From assembly GCA_000165425.1 (NCBI GenBank), contig CT868574.1, positions 372,001 to 421,209 on the forward strand: a stretch of 49,209 nucleotides of DNA. The letters run 5' to 3'. The position numbers and the translations under genes were made by a program. Origin of the DNA: Paramecium tetraurelia. Its lineage: Eukaryota. The notes below the pieces were generated by a model. It did not search any database, was not told the origin of the DNA, and saw nothing but the letters and a program-made list of their open reading frames with translations. Positions 40,298 through 49,209 of the stretch are shown here, piece after piece (the stretch's first letter is position 1; each line of letters opens with the position of its first letter).

Positions 40298-40885
40298 ATG
40301 GGAAATATTTGTAATAAGGAACCTGCTGTTGCTGGAATTGTTGACAATGTTCCAGCCTATTATAATAGAGGCATTAACTTCAGATCAAATTATGTCACTT
40401 TTGATAACAGATAAGTGTATACTGGAGTGAGGTTTTACACTATCCATTATTACTTTAGATTCCAATGTGTAGAATTTGCAAGACGATACCTTATCTAAAC
40501 CAAAGGAGTTGTCTTCGGTGATGTTGGTTGTGCCTATCATATCTTTGATCTCAACACTGTCACAGACCTAGTGACCTAGTAACAGAGACAATTTTAATCA
40601 ATCCCACAAGGAAGTTCCATTCCTCCTAAAAAAGGGGATCTCGTCATTTATTAAAAAAGTGGCAAATAATGGTGGGGACACGTTGCTGTTGTTACGAATG
40701 TCGATGGAAACCTCATTGATTTGGCCGAATAGAACTATGATGAAGATTGGGATTCTCAAAGCTATGCTAGATAAGTCCTCTTAAAAAAAGAAGGCGACAA
40801 ATATTTCCTAACAAATATCCGACAATATAAGCCACATGCTTGGGATTTGAATGAAGTTATTATTGGATGGAAGAGAGCTACTTGA
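40298..40885 (+). CDS. Stand-alone CHAP amidase (glutathionylspermidine amidase-like)
   Basis: YTGVRFQCVEFARRYL, PKKGDLVIY, GHVAVV and AEQNY give an intact Cys-His-Glu triad. One 27-nt intron; starts MGNIC. Confidence 0.88.
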
Positions 40886-41564
40886 TTGTTAAAATATTAT
40901 TTAATGTTTTACAGTTGCATAAATGAGCATTATTAATTCCCAATTCAATTAATAATTATGATCCATCCTACTATCATATAATTAAATTACTTATAGATTA
41001 AATTAAAGTTAATGTTTTCAATTTCAAAATTTAAGCACTTAAGGGAATTGATATCACAATTAGATAACTTGTAATAAGACCCTTATATTGTTTTCAATAT
41101 TTTAGACATAATCAACATTGATATTTAAAAAGAAATTGTATTTGCTAATTGTCTCACTAATTATTATGATAATAATCTTAACAATTTTATCAATATCAAT
41201 TATTTTTGTAAAATTATTATTTCCAATTAATTCAAGTTGACTTTTTAAAATTTGAACTATAATTACAATTTATATATTATTTTAACCAAAACTAAAAGGT
41301 TCATCTTATTCACTTTTTGGAGATATTTTTTATTGAGTATTTTCTTACTAACACTCTCCCATCATAATAAGACAGGTTGTATTAGAATTACGAATAGAAC
41401 ATACTAAAAAAGCAAATTTTGTTATGTAAAAAATGAGGATTAATTACATGAAAGTAAAATAGGATCAAGAAAGTATTACATAATTTAGATTTTTTTAAAA
41501 TTCTAAAATCAATTAGATATAATTTTGTATTATAAGTTTCCACATATTGTGAAATTAAATATAA

Positions 41565-42997
41565 TCATTTATTATTGAAGTTAATACTACTTTTTGGTTA
41601 AAACGTAAGAGGGTTGCCTGTACTTTTTTGGAAAATCCCTATCCCTTCCATCTATTTTGGTGGTTGTTATATATATGGATTATAACACTTTTTTTTTATT
41701 TCTAATAAGAATTTATTTAATGGATATTTTCTCAGTGCTTAATCGACATATGCAAGAGCTTCGTTTTAATTACCATGTAATCGTAAACTGCCAGCTAATA
41801 TATTAAAAGAGATTTGTGTACCTTTTACTATTAATGCCTACAAATTCATTGGTTCAACATTTAATACTTATTCAGCACATAAAATAGCATCACCATAGTT
41901 TCCAATGTTGTATAAGCTTTAAACTAATAGGTTTACAGATTTGGCTACATTTTATTATTAAGGAGCAAATATTCATTGATTCTATTTAGAGTGCCCTGTC
42001 AGCCCAATTAATGGCCTCCTCATAATCTTTAAGCGATTTTAAGCATTCAGCTATTAAATTTATAAGGATTGTCTACCTTTAATAATTATGCATTGCAAAT
42101 TGTTTGAATCTATAAAAAGAACCTTATCAGCGAATTGAATCGCTTCTTCGAATTTTCCAAGCCCTTTTAAGATTTCAACTAACATTTTTTAAAATCGCAT
42201 ACCTTTTGTCTAGAGTAATTAGGGGTTTTTTGGGTCTTATTAGAGTGCTTGATCAGCCTTTATGTTGGCTTCACTAAAATATTTGAGCATTTTTAAGAAT
42301 TCAGCTAAAAATATAGATATCATTTTTTTACCTGTTAAGTGCAAACGTTGAACATCGTCATATAAATTGATTGGTATTAATTTTTTCAAATTTTCCATTG
42401 CTTCATTAAATTTAGGGTTATTATAATATACGATTTATCTGATTTAGTCTAAAATATAAAAATATTTTTAATACTATTTTAATGTGGTTCATCTACTTAT
42501 TTAATTTGTTAATAATCTTATTTTTCTATATTTATATTCTCTAAGCCAAATACACTACCGCATTTATTTATTGATTCACATAAAACTATGGATTTATTAT
42601 TTATGTCTTGTAGAATGTTCAGAGAAAAATTTTTATATTGGAATATTTAATTAACTGCAGAACTCACTTATTTTGGGTCAATTTTACACAATTCTGAATT
42701 TGTTAATAGAAATTTATTCTTCAAACCTTATTCTAATAAGGAAAATGATTTAGTAATATAAGCAAAGATTTAGTGTAATTGTTATATGATTTCTTCAATT
42801 TATAGCCTATTATTTTCTATATAATCAAACAAATCAGCAATCCTTTTTTAATCTCCTGAATGAATATTGTGATCGCCATTTCTTACGCATTCAAAACAAA
42901 AAATTCTACTTTTTTTACAAAATTAATTGAAGCAAGTAAATTCTGCTTAACAATCATGCATTGGACACTTTAATATTATTTCCTATTATTATTTCAT
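41565..42997 (-). CDS. TPR-repeat protein with N-terminal Cys/His motif and coiled coil
   Basis: CPMH...C...C..RIFCFEC...H..H, then a helical stalk and 5-6 TPRs (e.g. AECLKSLKDYEEAINWADRALQIES). Six phase-1 introns. Confidence 0.85.
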
Positions 42998-44463
42998 ATA
43001 ATTAATATTATTATTCTAAATTCTATAATAAATTACATAGTGTTTATCTAAAAATAATTAGATCAATTCCTTGTTTAAGAAATATAAAAAATTCTTTCAA
43101 GAACTAAAATTGTAAAAGAAACTATTCATTCTCCAATATATTTTATATTTTCAATATTTAACATATTAAAAAGATCATCATAACTACAATAAATAGGTAA
43201 ATAGAATAATAACTCATTTATAAATATAGGTTTATCAAAAATGTCAGAGATTTTAAATTAAATATTCAACAATATTTAGTTTTTTACTACAATGCTTATA
43301 ACATTATTCTAGAATTATAATACTAGAAATTAAAGTTAGTGTCTTGATAACTTAATAAGTGTAGATGTTAATTAAAATACTGAAATTATAATAGCATATA
43401 TATTATTCAATTTATTATAACAATTTTTAAATTATCAAATATTCGAATTCCTATATGATAATATATTTAGAATATTCATAACTAAATCTGATTATTACAT
43501 CATATGATCAAATAGTTTAAATATGTTTACTAATTATTTCCGAAAATTGCTTTTATCTCCTAGAAATAAAGTGGCCACAGGGACATATATAAATAATTTT
43601 ATTAGCTGAATTACTAAATAATTTAAGATTAGAGTAAGTTGAGTTATTTAGTAAATGAATAAATTGAAACCAAATTATGACATCATCAAAAACTTGTCTA
43701 ATTGTATAATTAATAAGAGTAAAATTTATCAAAGCATTGATATTATATAAGATTTTTTAAGAAAAAATAACTAAAGTATTCAAAAAATTATATTTTAAAA
43801 ATTTTGAAAATAAGAAAGCTAATCTTGATTTATTCCATGGGTAGATCTATTAATATGAATTCAAGATAAGGTCAGATTTTAATAGTTTTCAGTAATTTAA
43901 CTGTAAAAACATTTTTAATATTAGAATACAAACTGATACTAAAAATCTGATAAAATAAAATTAATCAAAAATAAATAATTCTTTTACTTTGAAATACCAG
44001 TAAATTCATAATAGTTTTATCATTCTTTAATTTCGGTTTAATTATTTATTAATTTACTAAACTATAATTGTGATAGAGAAATTATCCTCATCTTATTTAA
44101 ATGTGATCAAGTTTATATCCATATTTATTCACTAGCGAAATAATTAATTTTCAGAATACAAACAATAATCGCCTAGTATTCTGTAGTTTAGTTCAACAAT
44201 ACTAATAAGAATTATGGCGAATAAATTCTTTTTAGTTATCTTAAATATTTGGAGACTCAAAATTGTAATTTAAATAAATTATTCTAACCAAGTAAGATTA
44301 GCAAGGGAACTACATTAGTTTTTAATAGAAATCTAGCAACTCGAATAATATTAAATTTATTACTAATTCGATGACATAATCTCTATTAAAATATAGAAAT
44401 CTCATTTGTTATAATTTTCTTTATAATACATTTTAAATAAATAAAACTTCATTAGTAATTATT

Positions 44464-45885
44464 ATGTAATGCATTGAAGATTTACAATCAGATTCTCATA
44501 AAACAACTGAATTCAATAAAGCTATGATCATAGAAGAAGGAAGGTAGAAATTATTAGAATCTTTAGAATATCTAATTAAAATCAACACCTAAAAGGTAGA
44601 ATCGTTATAAATTGAAATAATTTCTTTGAAGTCTAGTCTTATATAAAAATTAGATCAAATACTTGATATAACTAAGGATTGGATATCAAATTAATAAAAA
44701 TAAAACATTGCATAAAGTTTCTTAAAAGAGATAGATCTAATAATAAAGAATTAATAATTTCAAGATGATCATATTATATTAGGGAATTCCATTATTTTTT
44801 TGAATAAAGGTTGGATACATAAAATTACTAAAAATTTGGAACTATTCAAAACATTTTCAGAATACCAAAATTGTAATCAAATTTTAAGTAATCTGGGTGG
44901 ATTGCAATCTTAATAAAGCACATTTTAATTAGAATTTATTGATGATTCTATCTAATAAAAAGAAGCATGCAGAGCAATAGTATTCGATCCAAAAGGAAAG
45001 AAAATGGTATCAACAAGTGGAAAGGAGATTAAAATCTGGAATTTTGAGAATGGAAAAATCAAATTGGTTCAATCACTTTAAGAACATGAAGAACTTGTTA
45101 ATTGTTTAGTTTTTAGCTAAAAACAAGATTATTTTATTTCTGGATCTTCTGATAAATCTATTAGATTGTGGAAATAATCGAATAACAAGTGGTAAAGTTC
45201 TAAAAAATATAATGATCATAAAGGAATGATTTAATGTTTAATTTTAACATAAAAAGAAGACTAATTAATATCATGTTGTAAAGAAAAATTAATTAAAATT
45301 TGGATTGTAGATTTTAGTAGTGATCAATTGAAACCTCAATATTCTTTAGAGAAACATAATGGTATTGTATATTCTTTAAGTTTAAATGAATCAGAGTCAG
45401 TTTTGGTTTCGTGTGGATCTGATTCAATTATTATGTGGGATAAAGGGAAAAATAATAAATGGAAGTTTTTTCAGGTTTTTAAGCAAACACAATAAGAAAT
45501 TGGATGTCATGTTAAGTTTTTAAAGGAAGATCAATTCATTTGGTTACCAGAGAGAAGTAATCATTTATGTGTATTTGAATAATACAAAGATGGTGAATTT
45601 CAAGAGAATTAAAAGAAGAGGGTTTGCTTTTCAAAAACTTCAGGTTATTTGAATGAGTTTAACTTCCCAATTATTTATAATAAAGATTAAAATCTTATAT
45701 TTTTGAGACACAAAATGCATATTTGCATACTAAAAGTGCAGAATGATGGATATTTATCTATAGTTTAAGAATTTGATTGTAAACATTGGTGTATATATGG
45801 AACAATAACAAACAATGGATAATATTTAACATTTTGGGGAGGAGGAAAAAATAATTATGAAACTTATAAAATATAAAGGTAATGA
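44464..45885 (+). CDS. WD40-repeat protein with coiled coil (N-terminus possibly frameshift-damaged)
   Basis: HEELVNCLVFS...FISGSSDKSIRLWK, HKGMIQCLIL and HNGIVYSLSLNESESVLVSCGSD. Intronless. The upstream LLC is out of frame with the following C-I-E. Confidence 0.8.
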
Positions 45886-46324
45886 AATACTTTTATGGTT
45901 TTAATTATTCTTAGAATTTGGAGGATAATCCATAAGCATCCTCTTTTTTTTAATAAAAGTAGTTAACTTCTCTCCAAAATCTAAAGTAATTATCTTCAAT
46001 TTTATATGAAGCAACGTTTTATTTAGTAATTATTCACTATCATTTTAAATTATATGCTTTTAATAAATTTTAATCTTGCTCACACTTGTTTTCTAAATGG
46101 AATTCCCTTCATTCTTATTACTTCAACTAGAAGGTTAAAATTAATATTACAGTATTGGCTTACAAATTTTTTATTTTATAATTTCTTTATATAAATATTT
46201 CAATATGCCTCCTCATAAATTTATTACTGATTTAGTTTTTGATATTTGAGCCTTGATGTTCAAATTAATACTTATTTAAAACTTAGATTGTCCACATCCT
46301 TAATTAATAAATATTATCAATTAA

Positions 46325-47232
46325 ATGGATTAAAATAAGCTTGATATATAAAAAGAAGATAAATAATAAAGATTAATGATGTTGTTAGAAAAGATAGAGT
46401 GGCAAATGGAGGATTTTAAAGGGTAAAATGAAGATAATGTAATTATGTTAATTGGAAAAACACGATGTGGAAAAAGCCCAATTTATAATTCTTATGTGGA
46501 GCTCCATTTTATATCAGTTAAGATGAACAAGGCAGAATAACTCTTGAACTTCTTTCAAAATAAAATATATTCCAAGAAATAAGATAAGGATTAAATTCAA
46601 AAACTAATAACCCTAAGATATAAAATCGTATGGATTATTGTAAAAACCCTCTCTAAAATGAAAGTATAACTCTGTTTGATGGTTAATTTTGGGAAACTGT
46701 ATAATTACCTATTGTCAATAATAACTCAACTACTGATTCTTAAACTCATTAATTGTATATTTATAATGCATCAAAAACAAAAAACTTTGAAAATTAATTA
46801 TGGGCGTTGCAATCAACTTAATGTGCTTTCACAAGATAAAATTCTGTTGAATGTTATTATATAAGCCTGAGTTTATTTACCAAATTAGTTAATATTATTT
46901 TGAAAAAAATACATATGAAGAATTACAGAATCTTGTATAGTCAGCAAGACAAAAGAGGCCAGTTAAGTGTTCTCAAAATTTGATTTAAACAAGCATATTT
47001 AAGTGATATTAAATTAAAAATCTCATTTTCTAATTAGGTTTTTTTTAATGCTTATTTTAAATTGCTTGAAATATCTACCCGTAATTTAGAATTTGTGGAA
47101 TCAAACAAAAAAAGAAAATTCCTAATGAACCCTTTCATTACTAATGTAACTTTAGGTTAACAATACTAAAAATATGGACAAACAATGGCTCTATTCATAA
47201 ATCAATAATAGTATAAATCTTTGATATATTGA
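46325..47232 (+). pseudogene. Decayed P-loop NTPase/GTPase-like gene
   Basis: NVIMLIGKTRCGKSPIYN (degenerate Walker A), then a frameshift into LCGA and further TGA codons (near 46981 and 47230). Confidence 0.55.
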
Positions 47233-47346
47233 TTAATAGAATGCAGTTTTTGGTAAGTAGTTCTGATAGAATACTAAAAATGATTAAACAAATGTGTTTT
47301 TAATAAATAAAAATAAATAATATTCTATCGTAATAATTAAATTAAT

Positions 47347-48660
47347 ATGTAAAGTCCAAGTTAAATTTTTAAAGAATAAAGTGCTCTCAGGTCCAAAAGT
47401 GAGTTAGTTTAAAGAAAGTAAAGCAATGAAAATAATTTTGCCATCATATAATATAATATCTAAAGCGAAATTAGACTCAAGAATAAACATTCAATAAAAG
47501 ATCAAATAGAATTTTTACAATCAGAAATTACAGCTTTAGATTAAATAACAGATTAATTAAGTGAGGAACAGAGAAAATATAGAAAGAGCAGATTGAAATT
47601 AAAATTAATGTAAGTTTTGAGACAAAGTGAGCATGTTTCAACATTATCAATAAATCATATAGGTTAAAAAATTGAAAAAGAGAATAAAGAACTTATGCTT
47701 TATGTGTTAAAAGAAGCTTTAGCAAGAGATTAAAACAGAGAATTATTTATGACTGATGGGATACACTCTTGCGGATTTGATTCGATAATAGGAGCCTTTG
47801 GTTAAGATTAAGAATGTCTAAGATTCAGAACAACTTAAGTAGAATATGAATAATTAAAATCTGATTGTATGTTAAGGGAAGAATATTTATTAAATTTTCA
47901 GGAAAAAGTTTCAAAAATTTTTAAGGTTAGTCCATCGGATGTTTAAATTTTAGATATAACTGAAGGTAGCAGCATAATTTCATTCAAAATTTAGAGTAAA
48001 GCTGACTTAATAAATGAACCAGAGTCAATGGAGTTTTTAGAAAAAACATGTAATGGAAAAGTTGATATTTATAATTATTTTTTTGAAAGTAAACATAACA
48101 AATCACGCCAGATAGGATTAAGCAGTAAAGATTTTGATAGTAGGTATAATATGGTTTGGGATGGTCTTCGAGAATGTCAATAGAGAGGACCTCTAAATTA
48201 ACGTTATGATTATTATTTTCCTAAAGGGTGCTATGGTTTTGGTTTAGATATTACCAAATATGGAATTGATTAAAATTGGATTTAAATGGATGGTAACAAA
48301 GATGAATGGAGAATATTGTTCCACGGAACAAAGAATGAGAATGTAAATGATATCATAGTGTCTTCTTTAAAAGAAGGATGGAGGAGTTTATATGAAGACG
48401 ACCTATGTAAAGATGAATTTGGAAATAATGTTCCTGTTGGAAAAGGAATATACTTCTCTGATAAGTTCACTGTTTGTGTTGATAAAGGTTATGCTAAACC
48501 TATTCAAGTAAACAATAAGTCTTTCTCTGCCATCTTTATGACAAGAGTTAATCCGAAAAAAATCAGATAATCTGATCGCATGAAATAAGAGCGCTATTTT
48601 TTAGTAAATAGAAGTGCAGATGTTAGATAATATAGAGTCCTAATATATGAGAATAAGTGA
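47347..48660 (+). CDS. ADP-ribosyltransferase-fold protein (NEURL4/Gig2/PARP-like catalytic domain)
   Basis: Intronless, 437 aa. YYFPKGCYGFGL...W..LFHGT...GKGIYFS...FMTRVNP..IR...YFLVN...VRQYRVL. Confidence 0.75.
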
Positions 48661-49209
48661 TATAATTATCATAAATTATAAATATAATTAGGATACTATT
48701 TAATTTAATTCTGTATTAATATTAATTACTTCTTTTATCAATTATTAGACGTCTAAAAATACGCTAAGGATTTATATAGAAAACTATGTTATTATATGGC
48801 TAATTTTTAGATATTTTTTTTTTATGGGCATCGTAATGAAGAAATATGAACTATCCAAAATAATTTGTTGGGGGTTACTTATTTAACATTAAGATATTAA
48901 TTCAAGAAGTAGGTGTCATTTTAATTTGATGAATTTACAGCAGAATATATTAAAAAAGATGGTTAATTTCCTATTATAAACAGAATTATCCTTTTAATAT
49001 ATCTCTAAATGAAACAAAAATCTTAATATGTAACTTTATACTATTTGTTTACGACAATATCAAATAATTGAAATAAAAAACAATGTAATGATTTTAGGAT
49101 CAAGATTATCTTACTTCTTACAAACTCTAATACATCATATGTGGGGAAAGTTTTAGGAAACCTCTTCAACCTCGATATCAGAAACTTTGGTAGGCAATAA
49201 TTTATAAGG

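Noticed and set aside
12826..40885. Cluster of MGxxC-type acylated proteins near a DHHC enzyme
   Set aside because: Such N-termini are common in Paramecium; co-location is probably chance.
18602..48660. Macrodomain plus ART as a linked writer/eraser system
   Set aside because: 28 kb apart with unrelated genes between; no evidence of functional clustering.
1..49209. Supplied ORF track entries as stand-alone genes
   Set aside because: Computed with TAA/TAG as stops. Entries are fragments of code-6 genes or antisense/off-frame shadows (e.g. 9216, 17160, 34994, 36587, 39620).

Overview
AT-rich eukaryotic DNA that reads as a ciliate macronuclear chromosome segment, most likely Paramecium. TAA/TAG encode Gln, TGA is the only stop, and genes are densely packed with 22-27 nt GT(A)...(T)AG introns. 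The supplied standard-code ORF track therefore shows only fragments or antisense shadows. Manual translation in code 6 gives about 24 genes and 4 decayed genes. These include CK1, a group I truncated hemoglobin, VPS50, a TBC Rab-GAP, a DHHC acyltransferase, F1-ATPase delta, a CAMK-like kinase, an SVIP-like protein, an acyl-CoA dehydrogenase, MORN, CHAP, TPR and WD40 proteins and a NEURL4-like ADP-ribosyltransferase. Most notable: (1) an apparent casein kinase 1-truncated globin fusion whose globin has an apolar distal pocket, interrupted here by one extra base; (2) a 10.9-kb intronless giant SecA-like ATPase with hydrophobic membrane segments; (3) a 93-bp near-perfect inverted repeat that looks like two convergent copies of a gene start; (4) a TPR gene built from exact 102-nt one-repeat exons. 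All calls come from manual reading and motif recall; no database searches were run.
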